Shown: piece by piece, positions 1 to 8,100 of the stretch
Layout: every line of letters begins with the position of its first letter
Numbering within the stretch: the stretch's first letter is position 1
Assembly: GCA_947462525.1 (NCBI GenBank)
Contig: CANHPK010000001.1
Coordinates: 1-26,240 of the forward strand
Direction: 5' to 3'
Source of the DNA: Roseiflexaceae bacterium
GTDB lineage: Bacteria; Chloroflexota; Chloroflexia; Chloroflexales; Roseiflexaceae
Length of the DNA: 26,240 bases
Position numbers and translations under genes: made by a program
Notes under the pieces: generated by a model
Databases searched by the model: none
What the model was told of the DNA's origin: nothing
Seen by the model: the letters and a program-made list of their open reading frames with translations, nothing else

Positions 1-10
1 CACAAAAAAA

Positions 11-86
11 TGGTGCCCCCGAGCCGACTTGAACGGCTGACCTGCGGTTTAGGAAACCGTTGCTCTATCCACTGAGCTACGGGGGC
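11..86 (-). tRNA. tRNA-Arg(CCT)
   Basis: Reverse complement is GCCCCCGTAGCTCAGTGGATAGAGCAACGGTTTCCTAAACCGCAGGTCAGCCGTTCAAGTCGGCTCGGGGGCACCA (76 nt). It has a 7-bp acceptor stem, a D-arm with A20 (Arg identity element), anticodon loop TT-CCT-AA, T-arm AGCCG-TTCAAGT-CGGCT and an encoded CCA. Confidence 0.97.
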
Positions 87-97
87 GTATCACGTCT

Positions 98-103
98 ATT
101 ATA
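98..103 (-). promoter_or_regulatory. Probable -10 box (TATAAT) of the tRNA-Arg promoter
   Basis: Perfect TATAAT on the minus strand, 11 nt upstream of the mature tRNA 5' end. There is no good -35 at 17 nt spacing (CCCGTT). Confidence 0.55.
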
Positions 104-111
104 CCCGCTTC

Positions 112-155
112 GAAAGAAGCAACGGGAAAGATGACAATTGTCACCTACCCGTTGC
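112..155 (-). terminator. Probable intrinsic terminator of the giant-protein operon
   Basis: Minus-strand RNA GCAACGGG-U-AGGUGAC-AAUU-GUCAUCU-UU-CCCGUUGC folds into a 15-bp interrupted hairpin (arms 119-126 and 148-155 are a perfect 8-bp inverted repeat). It is followed by UUCUUUC and lies about 80 nt after the stop at 233. Confidence 0.7.
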
Positions 156-232
156 GTTTGATTATTCCTACCATCACGCGTCGCGGACATGCTTGTCCAT
201 CTGTGGAATATGGAATACCGTCGCTCACATGC

Positions 233-3200
233 TCACGGTGTTGGGTATGCGGTTGGGGTGTCTGTGGGCAAAGGGTAGGCCGTCTGCGTCAATGTCCGCG
301 TACTCGTTCGGGTAGCGGTCATGCTCGCATTTGGCGTGCTCGTCGCCAATGCAGTACGCGTACGCGTGCTCGTTCGTGTATTCGACGGTGTTGTGAAGCT
401 CCCCGCGGTTTCGGTGGGTCGTGCCATCCAGGTGCGGGTAATGATGAGCGGCGTTCTCGTCAACGTCCTGGTGCGGGTGCTCGTAAAGGGGATTGCTGTC
501 GGGATGACGGTGTTTGTGACGGTTGGCGATGAGGTCGTCGTCGGTGTGTTCGACGGCTGCACGGTCGCAGATGCAGTAGACGTGCGGGTCGCTGGGAATG
601 GTATCACCGCCACCACGCTCGAAGTCGGCGTTGCTGGGATCCGCGATGGTCGTGCTCGTGCCGCCGGAAGTCGTGTACTACTCGGAGTCGGCGTGTATGT
701 TTTGGTAATGACCGGTGTGTATGTAGATGGCGACGGCGTAAAGGTAGGCAAGAGTCCCGTAGGATTAGTCATGTTGTATGCAGCGATGACATTCTGTGGG
801 GACAGCGCAGATGCATACACCAAAAAATCATCGACATATGCATTCCCTGGATATGACATCCAGTTTGCTGGGCCACCGATTTTCAATTGCCCCGCCCACG
901 GCGCAATCGTTACAGATGCTCCAGAGATTACCCTACCGTTTAGGTAGAAGAGACCCATGGACTTTTGCGCATCATACACGCACGTATAGAATTGCCAATC
1001 TTGGAAATCGAGTGCGGGAAGGTCAGCAAAAGAAATCCCAAACGTCTGCGGAGAATACATGGGATCACTGTTGTATTCGCATCCGATCCATTGTGTGGTT
1101 GCATCGAAATACATGCGGAACCCAACGCCAGACTCATCATATTGAGAAAAGACCGTTGATAGACCACTCGTAGAAGAAGGCTTGATCCAACCAGCCAACG
1201 TGAAGCTTGTGAGTGGTCTGGCCGGGGTAAAGAAATATCCTGAGCTTGAAAGTTTGATGTATTCATCGTTCCGGCTGTTTGCATCGTTCACTATGATAGG
1301 ACACTCAATCCCGTCTCCACAGGTCAATACTGACCGGTTGGGTGATTTCCCTTGCAACGCCGCCTCGTCAAAAGACATGCGCACCAGGGTTTCAGAAGGC
1401 ATGACTTCTTGCCAACCGCTGACTTCATCCTTGGTGAGCGCACGGGAGTAGACTTCAAACGTATCGAGTGCACCTTCGAGGCCTGCCATGGTATCATAGC
1501 GGCGCCCAATGACCAGTTTGGCCGTTGCAGGCGGGGTAAAGTCGAGCTGGGTTGCATCCTGCGCAATGACAAATCCGTCGCGATAGAGGGTGCGCATGCG
1601 GGTCGTTCGATCAAAGCTGCAGGCATACGAGTGCCATCCCGCATCGGTGAACCAGAGTGTGCTTTTGAGGTCATTCGCATAAAAACCACAGTACGGGTGA
1701 TTGTTGGCATCGATACCGATAGTGAGGTATTTATTCTTGCTACCCGGAGTTCCGATGCTTGCAACAACGTCTTCCCGGTTGTTTATTGTGCGCCTGAGCT
1801 TGAACGCCACAGTAAAGGACGTCGTCGACAAATCGAGTGCTACCGCACTCATCAGTTCATCATTACTCGCTTCCTTGAATTGCAGCGCATAATTCATGTT
1901 TTCTGCATCCGTGTAGCGTGCGATTTGCTGTGGGCAGGTTGCTGCTGCACTACACGTAAATGACATCCCAGGAGGGCTGTAGGGCATGATTCTGCTTTGG
2001 AATGCTTGTTTTGGGAGCGGATTCGTGACGTGGAACCAGCCAACGAGATCAGTAATCGGATCCGTACTCGCAACGGTCGTTGGCTTTGGCGTGAGGTTCA
2101 CTGCGGTCATACTCGGGCGTACGGTCCGCGTAAGTGTGCCTAAGGACGCGGCACCATCCATCAGCAGGCCAATTTTGCCCGCGCCCTCGAACACCCCAAC
2201 GACGGTCCGTGCGTCACTGAAGGGGACCAATGCGTCAATCGTCTGTGCAGCAACATCACCCCACGCAATGACCGTTCCATTTGCTTGTAATGCAAAACTA
2301 CTGCGATTGCCGGCAGTAATTGCTATGACATTACTCAGTGCTTGGAACGGGATGTCAGCCTGCCCCATATCATTGGTATCAGCACCCCAGGCAATCACCC
2401 GACGGTCATTGCGGAGTGCTACGATATGATTGATGCCTGCAGCTATCTCGATGATGTTTACAGCGGTCGTCGGCACTGCACTCACGCTTTGGTTGGCGGC
2501 TGTATCAAACACCAACACTTGGCCAGCATTGGTAAGTTCAACAACGAATGTCGCGCCTGCCGCGATGTGCCGAATGTCCGTCCGCTGTGTCACATCAATC
2601 AGATTTGACCACACACGACCGTCTACCGTACGAACGACAACGTGTGATCCACGTACAGAAATTTCAGCAATATTACTCTGAAATGATGCTGGGATAGAAC
2701 TGGTGTTATTCACAATGTTTGCGACCACGCCGCCGTCACAGCCGCCCCATGAGGTCAATGTCCGATTACTCGAGACAACATAGGTGTACGTACCAAAAAG
2801 TATCTGCGTGGCATTGCGTTTGATACCAACAGGCAAATCGCAGAGCGGCGAATCCGGATCGCGGGTAATTGCAATTGCGCCATTCAGTCCAATGGTCGCG
2901 GTAATTCCTTCACCGTACGAAATAAGTGAGCCGGTAGTTGTATTCGTTGCGACGCCGGAAAGCGTGACGATAGAACTCACTGGAGGTGCAACAATCGTGG
3001 CGAGCGGAGGAATCCTTGGACGGGTCGCCGTCAGCACCGGAATCCCTGTTGGTTGGGTGCCAAGCTCCAGCGCGAGTGCCGCACTAAATGACTGCCCACC
3101 GACAACTTGGAATGGTCGAATGAGATTAGCGGGAACGACGAGTTGATCGCTGCTGTTGTTTCCCCATCCCACGATAGACCCAGCCGTAGTAATGCCAAGG

Positions 3201-5119
3201 ATGTGGGTGCTTCCGCTCGAAATGTACTGGAATGTCACATCTGGTGCCATCAGCAAGCCATCAGTGTCATCCCCAGCGCTGACGACTTTGCCGTTTTTGA
3301 GCAAAAGAACCGATGTATATCGGGTGGCAGCAACGTCAATGATTGAAGCAACTGTCGAGAATGTCAGTTGGCCTTCGGTATTTCTCCCCCAGCCTACTGC
3401 GGTTTGATTTTGTCGTAATGCAATGGTGTGCCAATCACCTGCCGCGATTTTTGCAACGCCTGACATCGTCGGTTGGTTCAACTGCCCATAGGTATTGTCA
3501 CCCCAAGACACGACGGTCCCATCGGCGAGCAACGCGACCGAGTGACGTGCACCAGCCGCAATTTGCACGACATTGCGGAGTGTGGTCGGTACACTGGATT
3601 GATTAAATTCATTGTCACCCCATGCGATAACGGTCTTATTTTGCAGCAAAGCGAGGGTGTGATTCGCCCCAGCAGCAAGCGCAATCACCCGCAACGGATC
3701 ACTCCATGGGCGTTCTTGTGCGACTTCTGGCGGGACAGAGAGCTGATCGTATGAGTCATTGCCCCAGGTAACTACCCCACCGGCCGAGGTGAGCACCGCA
3801 ATATGCCGACGGCCAGCAACGACTTGCCGCAGTTCTTGCTGTGCTTCGACAGGGATGGTTTGGATTTGCAAATCTCCACCCCAGACTGCGAGAGTTCCAA
3901 CCGCGTTGCGTTCATTGGGTTGCCGCAGTTGGAGTGCAATTGCAGCCGTCGCCGTCGGTGACTGCACTCCCACATCCGCCGGCTCAACGATATATGCACC
4001 TTGACCGGTCGCATTTTGACTCATCTGGATGATGCGATTCGGCAGGTACGGCACCGGGTCGCCGCCAGTAGCATACGGGAAGACAATGGGCTTCCCTAAT
4101 CGATTAATCACAACCACACCGTAGGAAGTCACAGAGACGGATCGAATCCCGCCCATACTCGGAATACGGATACATGGGCATCCTGCTGTGGTGTTGGGCT
4201 CGACTGTGTGTTGAACTGATGGGCTAACACCCTCCACAGCACCAAACAGAATCAAGGTGCCGTCGGCTTTCAGCACGGCATAGATATCTTTGTTCGCGAG
4301 TTTGGCAGATGTACCTGCAAATACGCGAATCACGCTTCCGCTCGCTGATGCAGGGATTTGTGTGATCCCGCCCGGCAGGGTACCCCACATAAACACTGCA
4401 CCATCTTGTCCCACACCGATGGAATTATTTGCACAGGCGACACCACGAATGGTTTTGCCATTGAGACTCGCAAGAGGGAACACTGCCGTTCGGGCGGATG
4501 GTGCCAGTGTCAGCACTGTTCCGTTCGAACGCAGCGCAATCATATGCTCTGCACACGCCACGAGTTGCACGAAATCATTGCTTGGTGGCACTGTTTCTGG
4601 TTTATACGCTGGACTACCCCATACTGCCAAATTACCAGATTGTAGCAGTGCCGCACTCCAGTTTTTGGATGCTGCGACCTGCGCGGCCGGTCCGAGTGTC
4701 GGGATGGTCAATTCAGCGTTCGTCGCAAAGCCCCACCCCGTTATTTTGCCCAGTGCATTGAGTGCGAGTGCATGCGTACTGCCGAATGAGACCTGAGCGA
4801 TAGCGGATGTGGACGACGTAGGAATATCCAAAAGATTCCAGGGGTCGCTATACCCATCGATACTCTCAAGATTGCCAGTCACACGCAGTACCGGACGAAA
4901 GGGGGTCGGGACGGAGATAACCGGGGTACGGGATGCTGTGGGGGTCATCGTCGCGATCGACGTTTTTGTGGCAGACGAAATTCGAGGAGCGGCAGGATTT
5001 GCTCCGTTCGCAACCGAGAGGGTACGAGCATATGCACTCTCTGAAGGGGTATGGGGATAGATTACCCCCCAGACCAGCAAAGCAGCACAGAGAACAATGA
5101 GTTGAATGATGTGCTTCAT
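233..5119 (-). CDS. Large exported protein (~1628 aa): signal peptide, three RCC1/BLIP-II-like beta-propellers, two LamG-like domains, Thr/Pro-rich linkers and tail
   Basis: 4.9-kb open frame. The N-terminus MKHIIQLIVLCAALLVWGVIY..AYA looks like a Sec signal. Repeats match xxAWGxNxxGQxxVP...IAAGxxHxxAL. LamG signatures FTVAFKLRR..W(H)SYACSFD..LYRDG..GALDTFEVYSRAL and FTLAGWIKP..WQFYTCVYD..FYLNG..VDDFLVYASALS are present. Alternative in-frame starts are GTG 5137 and ATG 5134, which overlap the upstream stop. ATG 5119 is preferred because it gives a typical n-region. Confidence 0.93.
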   Translation of the reverse strand: MKHIIQLIVLCAALLVWGVIYPHTPSESAYARTLSVANGANPAAPRISSATKTSIATMTPTASRTPVISVPTPFRPVLRVTGNLESIDGYSDPWNLLDIPTSSTSAIAQVSFGSTHALALNALGKITGWGFATNAELTIPTLGPAAQVAASKNWSAALLQSGNLAVWGSPAYKPETVPPSNDFVQLVACAEHMIALRSNGTVLTLAPSARTAVFPLASLNGKTIRGVACANNSIGVGQDGAVFMWGTLPGGITQIPASASGSVIRVFAGTSAKLANKDIYAVLKADGTLILFGAVEGVSPSVQHTVEPNTTAGCPCIRIPSMGGIRSVSVTSYGVVVINRLGKPIVFPYATGGDPVPYLPNRIIQMSQNATGQGAYIVEPADVGVQSPTATAAIALQLRQPNERNAVGTLAVWGGDLQIQTIPVEAQQELRQVVAGRRHIAVLTSAGGVVTWGNDSYDQLSVPPEVAQERPWSDPLRVIALAAGANHTLALLQNKTVIAWGDNEFNQSSVPTTLRNVVQIAAGARHSVALLADGTVVSWGDNTYGQLNQPTMSGVAKIAAGDWHTIALRQNQTAVGWGRNTEGQLTFSTVASIIDVAATRYTSVLLLKNGKVVSAGDDTDGLLMAPDVTFQYISSGSTHILGITTAGSIVGWGNNSSDQLVVPANLIRPFQVVGGQSFSAALALELGTQPTGIPVLTATRPRIPPLATIVAPPVSSIVTLSGVATNTTTGSLISYGEGITATIGLNGAIAITRDPDSPLCDLPVGIKRNATQILFGTYTYVVSSNRTLTSWGGCDGGVVANIVNNTSSIPASFQSNIAEISVRGSHVVVRTVDGRVWSNLIDVTQRTDIRHIAAGATFVVELTNAGQVLVFDTAANQSVSAVPTTAVNIIEIAAGINHIVALRNDRRVIAWGADTNDMGQADIPFQALSNVIAITAGNRSSFALQANGTVIAWGDVAAQTIDALVPFSDARTVVGVFEGAGKIGLLMDGAASLGTLTRTVRPSMTAVNLTPKPTTVASTDPITDLVGWFHVTNPLPKQAFQSRIMPYSPPGMSFTCSAAATCPQQIARYTDAENMNYALQFKEASNDELMSAVALDLSTTSFTVAFKLRRTINNREDVVASIGTPGSKNKYLTIGIDANNHPYCGFYANDLKSTLWFTDAGWHSYACSFDRTTRMRTLYRDGFVIAQDATQLDFTPPATAKLVIGRRYDTMAGLEGALDTFEVYSRALTKDEVSGWQEVMPSETLVRMSFDEAALQGKSPNRSVLTCGDGIECPIIVNDANSRNDEYIKLSSSGYFFTPARPLTSFTLAGWIKPSSTSGLSTVFSQYDESGVGFRMYFDATTQWIGCEYNSDPMYSPQTFGISFADLPALDFQDWQFYTCVYDAQKSMGLFYLNGRVISGASVTIAPWAGQLKIGGPANWMSYPGNAYVDDFLVYASALSPQNVIAAYNMTNPTGLLPTFTPSPSTYTPVITKTYTPTPSSTRLPAARARPSRIPATPTSSVVAVIPFPATRTSTASATVQPSNTPTTTSSPTVTNTVIPTAIPFTSTRTRTLTRTPLIITRTWMARPTETAGSFTTPSNTRTSTRTRTALATSTPNASMTATRTSTRTLTQTAYPLPTDTPTAYPTP
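236..770 (-). repeat. Thr/Pro/Ser/Arg-rich low-complexity C-terminal tail of the partner protein
   Basis: TPSPSTYTP..TPTTTSSPTVT..TSTRTRTLTRT..TRTSTRTRT..TRTSTRTLTQTAYPLPTDTPTAYPTP. Confidence 0.85.
770..2050 (-). other. Two tandem LamG/concanavalin-A-like domains in the partner protein (approximate limits)
   Basis: Each starts with a C-x(n)-CP motif (TCSAAATCP, TCGDGIECP) and ends with the G-x-LDxxxxYxxALS-type LamG strand. Confidence 0.8.
2170..2930 (-). repeat. RCC1/BLIP-II-like propeller 3 of the partner (degenerate, at least 6 blades)
   Basis: Blades such as RVIAWGADTNDMGQADIPFQALSNVIAITAGNRSSFALQANG and NIIEIAAGINHIVALRNDR. Confidence 0.8.
3070..3900 (-). repeat. RCC1/BLIP-II-like propeller 2 of the partner (7 well-conserved blades)
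   Basis: Seven consecutive repeats counted by eye, for example TVIAWGDNEFNQSSVPTTLRNVVQIAAGARHSVALLADG and TVVSWGDNTYGQLNQPTMSGVAKIAAGDWHTIALRQNQ. Confidence 0.9.
3985..4890 (-). repeat. RCC1/BLIP-II-like propeller 1 of the partner (about 7 partly degenerate blades)
   Basis: IAQVSFGSTHALALNALGKITGWG, NLAVWGS..FVQLVACAEHMIALRSNG, AVFMWG..IPASASGSVIRVFAG. Confidence 0.78.
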
Positions 5120-5123
5120 ATCG

Positions 5124-8100
5124 TTAATTCTCATCACTTACGAGCGGCAGATACACATGTTGTAACCTTCGAACAGTATCAACGTATATCGTTTTCGTGA
5201 GATACCCAGATCCGTTCGACGCTGTCACATCGATACGATATCTGCGCCCGGGAATCAATCCCGCCAGATTCAACGTCAATGGCTCAAAATCACGCGCTGC
5301 TTGACGCGTTTCGGTCAACGTTCTGCGTACCGGTGCGGTACTGACGAGCACTCCATCCCGCGCCACCGCGAACATGTGCATCCCATCATTGATTCGAACC
5401 GGTGCTGCACTCGACCCCCAGACGAGGAATGTTCCATCGCGCAAGAGGGCTGCACTTGTGTTGCCGCCCGCTGCAATGGCAATGACATCATTGACCCCTT
5501 GAACAACACTCGTCGTGCTGATTGGTAGGGTCGTTTGTAGTTCCGTACCTCGCCCCCAGGCGACCAGCGTGCCGTCGACGCGTAAGGCGAGAGCATGTCG
5601 GTCACCGACAGCAATTTGTGTTATGTCACTCTGTGCCGAGACTGGGACGGTTGCAATCTCAGACCTTCCCCAGGCGACTACACTGCCGTCTGTCTTGAGC
5701 GCCAGACTGATATCATCGCCAGCACCAACCGTTGCAACGCCTGCACGTGCACCCACGGGTACATCAAGCTGACCGTTGGCATTGGCACCGCCCCAAGCAA
5801 CCACGTTCCCCGTATCGAGGACCGCGAGATTATGATCACTCCCTGCAGCGACTGCGATTGCCTTTGGATAACTCGCTGTGGTGCCGACACCGAGTGCGTT
5901 GTACGAGGTAATCACACCGGTGTGTGAGAGGGTGAGCAGGTTTGTATTGCCGGTTGCGCCATAGGCAAACTGCAGCACATTCGTCTGTGTCATGGGTTGG
6001 GTTGTGAGGTCACTTGGATTTCGGTTCCACGTACGCAGTGTGCCATTGACATCGAGTGCACCAACGGACGTTTCGCTCAGACCGAGTTGTGAAATCCCAG
6101 TAGACTGCAGCACTGAAGGAATCTGTGCCTGTGCGACGGCATCCGCAGTCCCATCGGCTGCATACTGCAAGAGATTCGTATCGGTGATGACATCGGCGAT
6201 GGAATCATCGAGACGCACGGCAGCACTCACCGTGGTGACGCCTTTGCCTGTACTGAGCTGCATCGAAATGTTCGTTGAGCTTGATTGTTTACCTTCTCCG
6301 GCCACAAGATTGATAATCTGTGGCGCAGTGACGGGATCATAGGTGAGTTGATACGACGCAGACGTATTTGTGTTCCCCACGAGATCTGTCGCTACCAACT
6401 GAATGACATAGGTGCCAGCAGAGAAGAGGAACGACTGAGGCGTGACACGCCATGTATATGAATCAAGTGTCAACGCACGCTGTTCTGGTGTCATAAACCG
6501 AGCTTCACTCGAACGAGCGGCTGCAGCCCTCGTCAGATTCGCAGGTATAGAAGCCACAAGTACGCCATTCCCCGACTGATTGTAGACATTCATTTTCAAG
6601 CTCGAGAGTGAACCTCCATCAGACACCGTACCGCTCAACAGGGTGTCGGTACTCCCTTGGAGTGCACGCAGATACAACTGTCCAGCAGCGAAGACTGGGT
6701 TAACAACAAGCTGTGGTGCAACGGTGTCGATACGCATGTTGAGCGAACGTGGGTTCGAACTGTTTTTCCCACTATCTACAGCGCGGAATGTTAACGTGCG
6801 CAAGACTCCATCTTGACCAGCAGTATTGGCGAGCGGATATGTCCAGGCTGCATTTGTGCTGCGGGTCACATCGGCTGACTGGAAGCCGACAGTGACGGCA
6901 TTAATGACGACGGTGTTTGCATCGTCATTCCGGTCACACCCATACAACACCCATCTCCCTGAGATTGGCTCGTTTATGACCTGCGCGAGTGGTGCATCGG
7001 GGCGAATGAACGGTGTCGTTTCTGTAATCAAGACGGTCGTCATGAGCGACGAAGGGGTAGGTGCATCATCTGTGAATGCTACACGCAGATTCGTCGCTGG
7101 TTCTCGCGCTGATGTAACGAGCGCAACCAACGTTCCTGATGGTGATCTGAGCCACAAGTTCGCATCATTGCCGTTGACTCCCGTTGCAGAGACCTCAACT
7201 TTGATTGATGCAACGCGTTGGTTCAGACTCGGAGCGACGACATCAAGCGGATAGGCAGTATATGCTGTCACTGGGAGTGTCGAGCAGGGTCGCGCGGTAA
7301 TTGGCACAGAGTCAGTGCCAGAGTGCACATGCGTCGAAAGGGTACTGTCAGGCTGGGCAGAAGAAATCAATGTACAACTGTTGTCGCGCTCGTCACAGAC
7401 CTGTACTTTTGCAGTGCTTTGCGTATCACTGACGACGCCCGAGAGGGTAATCGAAGAACCTCCCACATAGGTTGCGCTGTTGAGTTGCGCTGACGCACTA
7501 TCGAACAGCAACTCCGGCTTTGTCCGGTCAATAGACGACTGATACCACGGACTCCACATGCGCTGTTGCCCATACATATCTGCTGCCCGCACACGGTATC
7601 GGAATACACTGCCGGTCGATGGGACTTCAACTGGGCACCGCCAGGTGCTCGACAGTACAACCGTACACGTGGCCGATTTGGTGGTTGTGGCAGAGTTCGT
7701 AAACTGTACCTCGACGTTGCTAATCGCAGATGCATCGCGGATTCGCCCTGTCAATACGAATTTCCCTGAGGGCACAATCGTTTGGTTGTCCGGTACGACT
7801 TCTGCAGGGCCCTGTGCATCAATGCTCATGGCTGCGTTCAGCCACTCAATGGTGCGGGCCTGATTCACAGAGTTCACCGTTCCCGCATCGGTGAGACGGA
7901 CTTCTATTTTCGCAAGCGAACTCGATTTGACGAATTCTGTTGCGGTCGCGCGGCTCTTGGTTGTGTCAATGAGGGTCTTGATGGTGTACTTGACGGTTGT
8001 ACTGGCGGGAATGGCCGGAATTTGCAGAATTTCGTAGTCCGACAATGCACCTTTGGTTGTCGTGTTGTACGCATACAACCCATTGCTAACCACGGTTCCG

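Noticed and set aside
38-60. A27:C43 mismatch at the top of the tRNA anticodon stem
   Set aside because: It is a single terminal mismatch and all other arms and identity elements are intact, so it is not evidence of a pseudogene or editing.
11-86. tRNA as the integration site of a genomic island containing the giant genes
   Set aside because: The operon lies 5' of the tRNA, whereas integrative elements usually sit on the 3' side. I found no duplicated tRNA 3' end and no integrase in the window.
132-143. Perfect palindrome TGACAATTGTCA as a transcription-factor operator
   Set aside because: It is explained as the apex of the larger terminator hairpin (119-155).
290-500. TxT periodicity in the partner tail as an ice-binding surface
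   Set aside because: The repeats are irregular and rich in Pro and Arg, typical of disordered glycosylated linkers rather than beta-solenoids.
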